From a virus (taxonomy: Duplodnaviria; Caudoviricetes): a stretch of 54,454 nucleotides of DNA. Position 1 is the stretch's first letter. Each line of letters starts with the position of its first letter. Under the pieces are notes generated by a model. It saw only the letters and a list, made by a program, of their open reading frames with translations. It was not told the origin of the DNA and did no database searches. A program made the translations under genes and the position numbers. The stretch is from IMG/VR virus record IMGVR_UViG_3300029319_000066, positions 1 through 54,454 of that record. The stretch is one strand, 5' to 3'. Positions 8,873 to 17,961 of this stretch are shown in pieces.

Positions 8873-11590
8873 TTACGGTGTTGCAAAGCCTTGTTCTTCA
8901 CTATCTTGAAGCACTAAACCCCCAGAAGCGAACATTGTTGAACCACCCTTAGCTATGGATCTTTTGGAGCTAGGAGTAAGTATTTCCTTAGTATCTCCAA
9001 AGCCACCCATCTCTGATTCAATTAAATTAAGGGCTTGTTCTTGGGTTAGGTCACCGTTGTCGTATGCAGTCCAAATTGCGTTTACTTTACGTTTTGCTTG
9101 TGGGCTTTTATTGTTAAACAATGCCCTAACACCTTCCCAAACTATTGATTGGGTTTCTCTTGGTAAAAATCCTCTTTCAGACGCTATGTCTCTATAATCG
9201 TCTGCAATAAATCCGTAATTACCTTTCGCACCAGTTGGTGCGCTTGATCCACCTGTAAGACCTAAGCCTTGAGATGTTAACAAATCATTGCCACCTAATG
9301 GTCTCATTAGACCTGCCGCTATAGCGTGAGTGTCAATTGTTATGTCTCCAAAGTCAGAAAAAGGTACTTCTATATTATTAAAGAAATTTCTAACTTTATG
9401 TTTTGCGCCCATTGCATCAGAAATTGTTTTAAAATCCCCATTGCTTTCTAATGCTCTAACCGCTTTTTCAATATCGCCAAAAGACCCCCAACCTATATTT
9501 TGTGGGGTACCTTTATTTGTTAATTTTATTTCTCCTAAATCACCTTCAGGTGTAAGTGTCCTGTAAGTCTTAGGACTATGAGCTTCATCATAAGCTCTAA
9601 TCCACATTGCTTTTTGTGTAGGTGTTTCTAAGTCAGCGTAGGTTTTACCTTTAATAGTTTCCCATATCAGTTTATTTTTACCTGAAGTAAAACTAGCATA
9701 TTTATCAGCCATAGAAGTCATTTCAGATGACCAAGGAAAATTACGATTGTTTATAGCAGCATTAGCTACTCTTTCTGCTAAAGACGCATTTTGAAACCAA
9801 TCCATCTGTGGGGATAAAGCGGCTATAACACCCGACATAGCAGGACGGGGAACTCCATATTTATTGGCTAATTCTTCTGCTACTCTATTTGCGCCTACAT
9901 ACCAAAGTTTTGATCTGTCTTGAAACTCTTTAGGTAATTTTTCAAAAATAAAATTTAAGTTTTGTTTTTGCATCGCAGATACAAATTCAGCCCTAGCTTC
10001 AGGGTCTAATTTTTCTAAAGCTTTAAAACCCGGAAAATAAGGAACATTACCTGAGTCTGCGTATTCTGGTCCTTGATCTCTTCTGGTAGCTAAGAACTCC
10101 ATATTCTTATCTAGCGTTCCACCTTCTTTCATAGCTTCTTTGCCAATAGTTAATTCGCCAGAATATGTTTCAGGTAAAATTTGTTCGTTTTTACCAGATC
10201 CTTTAGTGGGAACTCTTGTAGAAATACGTCCAGTAGGACCAAAGTTAGGGTCGGAACCAACTACTCGACCATCATCTAACATTTCGTCAGTTTGTGTAGC
10301 TACGGTAGCAGATACTTTTTCAGAGTAGGGTATTCTTGGCATATCAGAACCAAGCACACCTGCATCTTTATTAATTGCTTCAACTTCAGCATCATCCAGT
10401 ATTCTATTTATTTTCATAGAACCAGCGATTAGCCACTGATTAGGATTACCAGACTTTGTATTGTATAAGTAATGACCGCCAACGGGTATTTGATCTGTTA
10501 TATGAGCCGACTTAGCTTCAGGAGTACCATCTTTTTTAATTCTAGCTCTTGCGTTAGCTACTGATTGCCAATCAACATCGTTTGGATGTTCAACTTCAGC
10601 CCAAACCGTATCATCGTCACGCAACCTCTCGTAGTATTTTGTTCCAGACTTTTTATTCTCTACCAGTAAGTTGTTAGCACCCTCAGCCTTTAAGCGATCA
10701 AATGTTTCTTTTGAGATAGGATGCTTTGTTCCAATATGATTAACCCAAGGAAGTTGAGCCGAATGAAATCCGGGTCTATATGCTAATTTACCAATAGAAG
10801 ATTTAACTTTACCATCGACTAATTCGCCTGCGATAGCATCCACCCATTCCCCTTGAGGTATTGGTGTATCGGCATCTACGTAGAGAGGAAATAATTCACC
10901 AGTATCTCTATTAATTCTAAATAATTTATATCCTTTTACGGTATTAATAGGCGGTGCGCCGTTGTTACCCATATTAGCTTGTTTATAAGCTTCTACAGAC
11001 ATTAACTCTTCATTCAAAGTATCTGTAGTTTCATCATTTAATTCAGAATCATCTATTTTATTTTTTTTAAATTTTATATTTCCTAGATTACTTCCTAAAG
11101 TATTTGTATCAATTTCAATTTCTGGTATTGCACTTGATAAAGTTTTTGTTCCTACAGTAGCTACACCAACGGCTGGTACTAACGAAGATGCAATCATAGC
11201 ATCCCCAAGTCTGCTTTCTCTTGCTTGGTTTATTTGTTCTGCCGTTGCATCATCCTGAGTTACGCCAAACATTTCCATAAGACGTTCATCAAGGCTTTTC
11301 GTAAATAGATCTTTTGTACCAGTTGCTACGTCAGAAACGATTTGCTTTGTTGTTTCAATTGGTGCGCTTACAAATTCCTTTGCACCTTCGTACATTCCCT
11401 TAGCGGTATCTTTAAGAAAACCTATTTCGTCTTCGTTAATTTGTCGGCCTAGTTTTTCACCAAAGCTATCATACTGATTATCAAGACCAATAATATTGTC
11501 TAAAATAAGCTCACCGTAACCCATTCCTTTTTCAGTGGCTTCAAGATCGTCTTCAGTTTTATCGCCAAACATAAAGTCGTATATTCCCAC
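8873..11590 (-). CDS. Large polyvalent virion-associated protein with a C-terminal HhH-GPD glycosylase-like domain
   Basis: 905 aa; central KGYKLFR...LAYRPGFH...WAEVE domain; C-domain WY...GVIAALSPQ..W..N...KVRNFFNNI...ITIDTHA...QSIVW; ends FASGGLV. Confidence 0.6.
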   Translation of the reverse strand: MGIYDFMFGDKTEDDLEATEKGMGYGELILDNIIGLDNQYDSFGEKLGRQINEDEIGFLKDTAKGMYEGAKEFVSAPIETTKQIVSDVATGTKDLFTKSLDERLMEMFGVTQDDATAEQINQARESRLGDAMIASSLVPAVGVATVGTKTLSSAIPEIEIDTNTLGSNLGNIKFKKNKIDDSELNDETTDTLNEELMSVEAYKQANMGNNGAPPINTVKGYKLFRINRDTGELFPLYVDADTPIPQGEWVDAIAGELVDGKVKSSIGKLAYRPGFHSAQLPWVNHIGTKHPISKETFDRLKAEGANNLLVENKKSGTKYYERLRDDDTVWAEVEHPNDVDWQSVANARARIKKDGTPEAKSAHITDQIPVGGHYLYNTKSGNPNQWLIAGSMKINRILDDAEVEAINKDAGVLGSDMPRIPYSEKVSATVATQTDEMLDDGRVVGSDPNFGPTGRISTRVPTKGSGKNEQILPETYSGELTIGKEAMKEGGTLDKNMEFLATRRDQGPEYADSGNVPYFPGFKALEKLDPEARAEFVSAMQKQNLNFIFEKLPKEFQDRSKLWYVGANRVAEELANKYGVPRPAMSGVIAALSPQMDWFQNASLAERVANAAINNRNFPWSSEMTSMADKYASFTSGKNKLIWETIKGKTYADLETPTQKAMWIRAYDEAHSPKTYRTLTPEGDLGEIKLTNKGTPQNIGWGSFGDIEKAVRALESNGDFKTISDAMGAKHKVRNFFNNIEVPFSDFGDITIDTHAIAAGLMRPLGGNDLLTSQGLGLTGGSSAPTGAKGNYGFIADDYRDIASERGFLPRETQSIVWEGVRALFNNKSPQAKRKVNAIWTAYDNGDLTQEQALNLIESEMGGFGDTKEILTPSSKRSIAKGGSTMFASGGLVLQDSEEQGFATP

Positions 11591-11805
11591 TATTCGGCTC
11601 CTTTAATGACTTCATCACGAAGAGTAGCAAATCGTCTTAACTCAACGATTGCACCTTGGATTTCTAAAATTCGATGGTGGTCTTTTGTTGTTTCTAAAAG
11701 ACTGTGTAATAACTTTATTCTTGCTTCAGCGTATTCTTGAATAATTTCAAAATGATTTTTGTCGTTAACTAAAGGAAGCAAAGACCGATATAATTCTTTG
11801 TTCAT
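11590..11805 (-). CDS. Small conserved head-assembly protein downstream of portal
   Basis: 71 aa, helical, IQGAIVELRRF motif; position after portal. Confidence 0.6.
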   Translation of the reverse strand: MNKELYRSLLPLVNDKNHFEIIQEYAEARIKLLHSLLETTKDHHRILEIQGAIVELRRFATLRDEVIKGAE

Positions 11806-11885
11806 TATTCTTTTTTACAAGTTCCTGTTTTTCTACATTCTGCCCTTGTTTCACAGTTTGGACACGGCACTGGATATTTACCCAT
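11805..11885 (-). CDS. 26-aa four-cysteine micro-protein (MGKYPVPCPNCETRAECRKTGTCKKE)
   Basis: SD AGGAG 5 nt upstream; TAATG stop/start coupling with the next gene; not in the ORF track. Confidence 0.65.
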   Translation of the reverse strand: MGKYPVPCPNCETRAECRKTGTCKKE

Positions 11886-11893
11886 TATAACTC

Positions 11894-14035
11894 CTATTGC
11901 ATTGGGGGCTGTGGTGGCCCTTGTTGTGGTTGAGGTGCATTACCGCCGTTTGCTCCACCGCCACTTCCAGTAAATCCTTCTGCATCTGGCTCTGGAGCTT
12001 GACCGGGAGCAATATTTCCATTGCCATTACCTGTAGGATCTTGCGGTGATGGTGGTCCTTGGGGTTGTTGTTGTTGCGGTGGTTGTTGTGGCATGAGGGC
12101 TTGTATTTCAGCCATCATCTTTTGTTGAATAGCAGCTTCTCTTGGATCATTGAGTATCTTGTCTTCATCCAAATCCATAGACGCAGACAATTCTCTTAGG
12201 ATGTAATCGTATTTAACAAATGGAGCCATCTGAGGATTAGCAGTCATTTGCATAAACTGTAATAATCGTTGGCTACGTACTTCATTTCGCATTAAGCTTT
12301 CAGTACCTCTAGCTTTTACCTCTAAGTCGCCAATAAATTCTTTGTCGAAGTTAAACTGCATATTAAAAGCAAAAAGTGCTTTACCTAGAGGACCAAGTAA
12401 ATAATCGTCTATGTTCCTAACAACAGCTTTAATGTTTTGTGCCGCTGCTCCCATTAACATCGACATACCACTGGCTGTTCTACCTACACCGCCAACGGCT
12501 CCGCTACCGTGACTGTATGAGGGAATACCTGTAGCTTCGTCTGCAAGTTGTCTGCTTTTATCAAACATTAGTAAAAGCTCTTGCGATACATTAGGAAATT
12601 TAGTTCCAAAGATTGCTTGGCCCGGTGCGCCTGCCTGTCTACGGAAAACTTTGCCCGGATAAACCGACATATCTTGACCCGGTACTAAATTAGTTTCATC
12701 TACTTCTATCAATAAGTTACCAGACAAAGCTCCATTATCTACAGCCATACGCATAAAGCCATTCATCAGTAATTGTGTGTCTGTCATATTTTCAGCAACA
12801 CCAATTCCAAAAAAGCTATATGGATTTAGTTCATACGGTACAGAGAGGTACGGTATACGGGTAGGAGTAAAAGGGTTCAGAACAAGTCTAAGTATTTGGT
12901 TGTTACATACCCAAATATTGACCTGTATTTGATCTTGGTCTTCTAAATCCTTTGGAATATCGATGTCAGCTTCCTCAGCTAACTCTGAATCTAAAATACC
13001 CCAATATTCTAGAACTTCGTATCTATCCATAGATGAAGATGTAGAGTCATCTTCTAATGCGTCTTCCCAATATTCGCGCTGATAACTTGCACCCATATCT
13101 AACGCTAATTCTATGCTTTCTTCACGAAAGTGGGGGCGTTTTTTCAACGCTCTCATTTGAGTACGGTTTAACCTATGCCTTTGGATGCTAAATTCTGCTT
13201 CAGACATATTTCTTGCGTCTGGATCTGGGTAAAAATCCCAAATAGAAACATATTCCATTTTAGGAATTGTTTCAAAAAGAGGATCGTAGTTACCTTCTTC
13301 ATCCCAACGTGGATATTCTTTATCTTGAGCAAACGGACCCTTAAATACACCTGTTCCAAACAAACAAGTCTCAAAAGCTACAGATCTTAGGTGTTTAGGA
13401 GCATCAGTTTCATCCAATTGGTCGTGCATTCGCTTTTCCATCTTCTGAGCAGCCCGTTTTGCTGGCTCAAACGTGATAGAATTAGGAACAGTAGAAGCTC
13501 CTAGCTGTAAATCGTCTTTAATTGGCTCTAATTTTTCTTTAAAAAGCCCTAAATCTTTAGCTATGTCGGGTCGAGCAATAGAATTAGGTACTTCGTAGTC
13601 TACATTGACCTTTTCTTTAACATTTTCTGTAGAAAGCTCATTTGGATCGTAAGAAACTGCGTCTGCTACGTTATTTGGGAACTGTCGGGCTTCAATTCCT
13701 ACAGGAAACTTGCTACCAGCGAATAAAACGTCCACAACTTGAGCATAAGCTGCTAAAACTTTGGTTTTTGTAACTTTTATGAAGGCTTTTGACTTTTCTG
13801 CATCCGTAAATTGGACTTCACTTGAATATAATCCTCTATAATTACGATAAGAATCCAACCAACGCTCTTCATCAGAGTATCTTGCGTTTTTTGAACGAGT
13901 GTATTGGTTCTTTACAAAGGCTACTGCACCCGAATAGTTAATATTTTCTTCTTCTACGTTACCATCTTCTTCTAGTGGCACGGCTTTTGTTGTATCTGTA
14001 GCGTCCTCTGGTATTGGTTTATCCATTAATGCCAT
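11894..14035 (-). CDS. Portal protein
   Basis: 713 aa; KVTKTKVLAAY, LFGTGVFKGP, PYELNPYSFFGIGVAE and RTASGMSMLM motifs; Q/P-rich C-terminus; follows terminase. Confidence 0.9.
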   Translation of the reverse strand: MALMDKPIPEDATDTTKAVPLEEDGNVEEENINYSGAVAFVKNQYTRSKNARYSDEERWLDSYRNYRGLYSSEVQFTDAEKSKAFIKVTKTKVLAAYAQVVDVLFAGSKFPVGIEARQFPNNVADAVSYDPNELSTENVKEKVNVDYEVPNSIARPDIAKDLGLFKEKLEPIKDDLQLGASTVPNSITFEPAKRAAQKMEKRMHDQLDETDAPKHLRSVAFETCLFGTGVFKGPFAQDKEYPRWDEEGNYDPLFETIPKMEYVSIWDFYPDPDARNMSEAEFSIQRHRLNRTQMRALKKRPHFREESIELALDMGASYQREYWEDALEDDSTSSSMDRYEVLEYWGILDSELAEEADIDIPKDLEDQDQIQVNIWVCNNQILRLVLNPFTPTRIPYLSVPYELNPYSFFGIGVAENMTDTQLLMNGFMRMAVDNGALSGNLLIEVDETNLVPGQDMSVYPGKVFRRQAGAPGQAIFGTKFPNVSQELLLMFDKSRQLADEATGIPSYSHGSGAVGGVGRTASGMSMLMGAAAQNIKAVVRNIDDYLLGPLGKALFAFNMQFNFDKEFIGDLEVKARGTESLMRNEVRSQRLLQFMQMTANPQMAPFVKYDYILRELSASMDLDEDKILNDPREAAIQQKMMAEIQALMPQQPPQQQQPQGPPSPQDPTGNGNGNIAPGQAPEPDAEGFTGSGGGANGGNAPQPQQGPPQPPMQ

Positions 14036-14038
14036 ATT

Positions 14039-15910
14039 TTAGTACCCGAAAATTGCGTCAGCTGGTTGCCAACTCTGTTGTGGAACGCCTTTACCCATAT
14101 CGAAGGGGCTAAACGCCTTTGGTCTACTCATAACAGCGTATCTCACGCTGTCGTAAGCATGATCAGAAGTGTATTTTGGATCGATATCTTCTGTTCCTCT
14201 TGGATCATTTGGAATAACGGGCAGATCTGCTATAATTTGCCGACAAGTATTAAAAAATTGTATTCCCGGAAGTCCTGTATCTTCGTTAACTTTTAAAACT
14301 TCGTGTAATCTGTTCTTACCTGCTATACGTGCGCCATTCGTTCTATCGCTTGGTCTCCACCTACAGCCCATTGCTATCATTTCTTCGGCAATAGATGGGC
14401 CTATTTGCCCTCTGTTATGCCAACAACTACTGTCTAATACCCCGTAATCTATTCTTTCTGAGCCTTCAGCTTGTAAAACAGCTTTAGCTAAGTCTCTTCC
14501 TGTATGTTGAGAAAGGTATAATTCCCTGTAATTAATCAGTGTGTTATAACTGGGATCAATTGCAAACCAGTGAACAGCACTAAAAGAACTATATCCAAAG
14601 TCACAGGACCGAAAACGCCTCCAATCGGTAGGAATCTCGTAGGGTTCAATAACGTGTGTATCTTGTCTAAATTCAGAAAATGCAGCACCATCTGCAACCG
14701 CCCAATCTCCCTCTAATAATTGTCTACGTTGCATCTCAGGTAGAGAGAGTAGGTTGGCTTCGTACTGCCCACCTTCCATAAGATACGGGTTATCTTTTAA
14801 ACTGGCTGGTATAAATCGCCTGTAAAAAAGTGGCTCCCCAGATTTTTCGTGGCTTTCTGGGTAAACCAAGTCTTTTCCTGTCTCTATATCCTTAGCCACA
14901 AACTTCTTGTTAGGGGGCGAAGGGTCTATAAACATTCTTTTAACCCAACCATGACCACTACCGCCCGGATTAGTAGTAGCTCTCATGTAAATTGGTAGAT
15001 CAGGGTCCGTAGTACGAAGTCTTGATCTCATATAATTCCAAGCAAACGGCGTTGCGTATTGCGTAAGCTCATCGAATGCTACATACGAGAACGCTTGACC
15101 TTGGTAACGTAAAACGTCTTGATCTCTTTCCAAATACGTGAGCCACATCTTTGCACCAGATGGAAAAGTCCATTGAGACTTTTTTTCAGCCCACCTACAA
15201 CCTTTAAAGGCTTTAGGATAAAGTTCTTGGCTTTTCCAAATAAGTTCACGAAGCTCATCGTTAGTACGCCTTAATATCAAACCATTAAAATTAGGATTTG
15301 AAAAATACCTCATAGGGTCTGCTAGAAGCCCATATGATTTTCCCCCACCTGCCGCACCGCCATAGAGAACTTCTCTTTCAGACGCTGCTAGAAACTCAGT
15401 CTGTGGACCTTTATTCGGCGCAAAGACTACTTCCTTTTTTTTCTTCTCGCTCTCTATAACTGAAAAATCTAAATTGGCTGTATCTAGTTCTTCAGTGGGC
15501 CTTAATTCATCAAGCTTCTTTTTAGCTAAAGTTAACCTTCTTTTTGCATCAGTCTGTCGCCGTTTAGCTGAGGCAAGCTTCTTTTCCTCAACAGTTTTTG
15601 GCTTACGCTTGCGATTTTCCTTAGCTAGTTCCTTTAGCCGTTTTGATGGTTTTTCACTGTCCTTTCCCCGTCTAGATCTCCAAATATGAATAAGACCTTG
15701 ATGGGTAATCTTGTCGCCAGTTTTAGAAGTCAGCCACTCCGCAGTTTTACGGCTAGAGTGTCCACCATCTAAATAATCCAAAGCTTCTTCTACTAAAGAT
15801 GCCTTCTGTTCATCAGCCACTAAAACAAGAGGATCGTGATCTGACTCCTTGTAGGCATATGGGATCTTAGCAGTTTTGTTTGGTCTCTTTCTATCTAACC
15901 AAATGCTCAA
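14039..15910 (-). CDS. terL: Terminase large subunit with an N-terminal DNA-binding-like extension
   Basis: Walker A YGGAAGGGKS, Walker B YVAFDE, ATTNPGG, and nuclease motifs SCDFGY and DHAYDSVRY; extra ~150 aa at the N-terminus. Confidence 0.92.
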   Translation of the reverse strand: MSIWLDRKRPNKTAKIPYAYKESDHDPLVLVADEQKASLVEEALDYLDGGHSSRKTAEWLTSKTGDKITHQGLIHIWRSRRGKDSEKPSKRLKELAKENRKRKPKTVEEKKLASAKRRQTDAKRRLTLAKKKLDELRPTEELDTANLDFSVIESEKKKKEVVFAPNKGPQTEFLAASEREVLYGGAAGGGKSYGLLADPMRYFSNPNFNGLILRRTNDELRELIWKSQELYPKAFKGCRWAEKKSQWTFPSGAKMWLTYLERDQDVLRYQGQAFSYVAFDELTQYATPFAWNYMRSRLRTTDPDLPIYMRATTNPGGSGHGWVKRMFIDPSPPNKKFVAKDIETGKDLVYPESHEKSGEPLFYRRFIPASLKDNPYLMEGGQYEANLLSLPEMQRRQLLEGDWAVADGAAFSEFRQDTHVIEPYEIPTDWRRFRSCDFGYSSFSAVHWFAIDPSYNTLINYRELYLSQHTGRDLAKAVLQAEGSERIDYGVLDSSCWHNRGQIGPSIAEEMIAMGCRWRPSDRTNGARIAGKNRLHEVLKVNEDTGLPGIQFFNTCRQIIADLPVIPNDPRGTEDIDPKYTSDHAYDSVRYAVMSRPKAFSPFDMGKGVPQQSWQPADAIFGY

Positions 15911-16281
15911 TCTTCACTCTTCGGTGGCAATATAAACATTGCTTCGCCTGTATTCTTTACTTCAATCTGTTCTTTTTTGACTAAACCTGTTCGGTCCAGT
16001 ATTTGTGAAGCCGCTGCTATTGCGTTTCTTGCTCCCATTGAACCTGGATCATCTAACACCTCTACCATCCCCCAAGCAGCTTTAGGAGCGTTCATAGCCA
16101 TCACCATAGACGCTCTTTCGTTAATTTCATCTTTCAGGGCAGAAACAACTACAGTACTGGACGTATTCTCAGCATACCCAGCAACACCCATAGCTTTTTT
16201 AATATTGCCCTTGCATTCTTCTGACATTAGAGCTTCTAGAAAGAGGGTTTGCTTCTCTGTTAGTTCACGTTTTTCCGTCAT
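15907..16281 (-). CDS. terS: Terminase small subunit (putative)
   Basis: LTEKQTLFL...AMGVAGY HTH-like N-terminus and ILDRTG motif; overlaps the terL start. Confidence 0.7.
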   Translation of the reverse strand: MTEKRELTEKQTLFLEALMSEECKGNIKKAMGVAGYAENTSSTVVVSALKDEINERASMVMAMNAPKAAWGMVEVLDDPGSMGARNAIAAASQILDRTGLVKKEQIEVKNTGEAMFILPPKSED

Positions 16282-16409
16282 TTCTTTTTCTTCTTCTTAG
16301 GCCAACCAGCTTGCATATCTTTGTATGCTTTATCGCTTATAGTTGTGTTCTTTTTAGAACGTGATGTTCCAGCTTTTTTGCGCTTGTTTATATTTTTAAC
16401 CAATGACAT
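16278..16409 (-). CDS. 43-aa very basic peptide (MSLVKNINKRKKAGTSRSKK...GWPKKKKKK)
   Basis: Fills the gap exactly with TAATG and ATGA overlaps; not in the ORF track. Confidence 0.7.
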   Translation of the reverse strand: MSLVKNINKRKKAGTSRSKKNTTISDKAYKDMQAGWPKKKKKK

Positions 16410-16633
16410 TAAGATTTCCTTTTTTTACGAACAGATTTTTTACCTCTACATCCCCAAGCTTTACGTCTTACCCTTACTTTTTCAGTCTGTTTTTGACCGC
16501 TTGATCTTGCACAATAAGCGTCAGCCCTTTTTGTACCTTTTGCAGAAGTACGCTTATGCGTTTTTCCTTTGCTATCTTTATAAGTTGTACCGTTAGCGTA
16601 CTTTCTTTCAGCCTTTTTACTGACCCTACTCAT
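16409..16633 (-). CDS. Small basic protein
   Basis: 74 aa, Lys/Arg-rich, AYCARS...WGC motif. Confidence 0.7.
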   Translation of the reverse strand: MSRVSKKAERKYANGTTYKDSKGKTHKRTSAKGTKRADAYCARSSGQKQTEKVRVRRKAWGCRGKKSVRKKRKS

Positions 16634-16636
16634 TGT

Positions 16637-16900
16637 TTACCTCAAGTAGATAAAGGCTAATCCCACTGCACCAGTACAGACCATCCAAAAAAACCTTTCT
16701 GCAAAAGCTATTTTTTGACCACGGGCTATAGCTTGTTTTTCAAAATCATCTAAACGATCATCAATTTTTTTATGGGCGTGATCAAAGTTTTCCATACGTT
16801 TAAAAACCGTAATCATACGTTCTTCCATTCTAGCCATTGCAAGTACAGCTTCAGATAATTTATCGATCTTATCTTCCATACGATTAAGCCTGTCTTCCAT
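16637..16900 (-). CDS. Coiled-coil protein with C-terminal TM helix (possible holin-like)
   Basis: 87 aa; heptad repeats then FFWMVCTGAVGLAFIYL. Confidence 0.5.
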   Translation of the reverse strand: MEDRLNRMEDKIDKLSEAVLAMARMEERMITVFKRMENFDHAHKKIDDRLDDFEKQAIARGQKIAFAERFFWMVCTGAVGLAFIYLR

Positions 16901-16917
16901 AATGCGCCCTTTGCGAT

Positions 16918-17073
16918 TTAATAATTAACCCACTGGATTGATTGATTACCTACGATTGTCTCAATTACCGCACGGGAACTTGTAATAATTATTATTGTGC
17001 CTTTTTCACTGTATAAAAAATATCTGTTTCCCCGTTTACGGAGAACCTTCGGCTTGGCCCACCGATAGGCCAC
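16918..17073 (-). CDS. 51-aa hypothetical protein (MAYRWAKPKVLRKRGNRYFLYSEKGTIIIITSS...)
   Basis: GTG start overlapping the upstream TAG; open frame fills the gap; not in the ORF track. Confidence 0.5.
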   Translation of the reverse strand: MAYRWAKPKVLRKRGNRYFLYSEKGTIIIITSSRAVIETIVGNQSIQWVNY

Positions 17074-17546
17074 TACAAACCGTAACGAAGTCTATAAGCA
17101 TAATAAAAAAGTCCTATTGCAAAACCGCCAACTATTAAAAATGCTATAGAATATTGCATTATCTCCATAAGTTGCGCTCTGGCTCTAGCTCTTTCCTCTG
17201 CTATTTTTTTCTTACGTTTACGTTCTTCGACCTGAAATTTTACCCAATCATTATAGAGGCCCGGTCTTCCATATATTTTCATCATTGACTCAATTTCTTT
17301 TCTAGCTTCTCGTAATTTGTCCAATTCTAAAAATTCCTGAAAAGAATTTGCGTCCTTGCCCATTGCTCTTGAGAATAATGATCTTTTTTTAGTGTTCCCT
17401 TCGGCTTTTAATGTTTCCTCAGCAGTTAAAATATCCCCAAGCTGTTTTCCCATTTTGCTAATATCTGAGCCATGACCAATTAAGGTCTTGACCTGTCCAA
17501 TAGCTACGTTGGCAGCTGAAATTACTGCCAAAGACTCTGCAAGCAT
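17073..17546 (-). CDS. Hypothetical membrane-anchored protein
   Basis: 157 aa; C-terminal TM helix; SD GGGGGAG. Confidence 0.7.
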   Translation of the reverse strand: MLAESLAVISAANVAIGQVKTLIGHGSDISKMGKQLGDILTAEETLKAEGNTKKRSLFSRAMGKDANSFQEFLELDKLREARKEIESMMKIYGRPGLYNDWVKFQVEERKRKKKIAEERARARAQLMEIMQYSIAFLIVGGFAIGLFYYAYRLRYGL

Positions 17547-17567
17547 ACTACTCCCCCTAAGAATGCT

Positions 17568-17765
17568 TTAAGTGAGTTTTTCCTTTGTGGGAAAGCAGAA
17601 GGGTCTAGATACTAACCCCAAATGTTTAGCTGCAAATTGCGCTGCTGCTTTCATTTCTATGGCACATTCTTCTCTGCTCTCAAACGCCTTATGTGTAGAC
17701 ATTCTAACGTCACACGTTGATACGTTATACATCGAAGCACATACCAGTATTGCTCCTATAAACAT
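17568..17765 (-). CDS. Small Cys-containing hypothetical protein
   Basis: 65 aa; hydrophobic N-terminus, F-x-S-x-E-E-C motif, C-terminal Cys. Confidence 0.6.
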   Translation of the reverse strand: MFIGAILVCASMYNVSTCDVRMSTHKAFESREECAIEMKAAAQFAAKHLGLVSRPFCFPTKEKLT

Positions 17766-17959
17766 TATAAACTAACTTTTGGCTCAAGCTTCACGCACTT
17801 GCTTAAAGCTACAGCGTTAGGCTCAGGCTTAGACATCTCCAAATTTATCATCATCGTAGCCCGATCTAATTCACAGGCATCTTCTGTAGGATAAACAACT
17901 TGATTAGACGCAACTCGATGTTCTCCAAATTGCATCATTAATAAAACAATAACCCACAT
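17765..17959 (-). CDS. Small Cys-containing hypothetical protein (similar architecture to neighbour)
   Basis: 64 aa; MWVIVLL..., Y-P-T-E-D-A-C motif, C-terminal Cys. Confidence 0.6.
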   Translation of the reverse strand: MWVIVLLMMQFGEHRVASNQVVYPTEDACELDRATMMINLEMSKPEPNAVALSKCVKLEPKVSL

Positions 17960-17961
17960 TG

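Noticed and set aside
3742-16596. Plus-strand ORFs inside structural genes (3742, 5411, 6679, 8279, 8955, 9330, 10140, 13175, 14066, 14169, 15474, 15977, 16321)
   Set aside because: Antisense to well-supported genes, with no recognisable motifs
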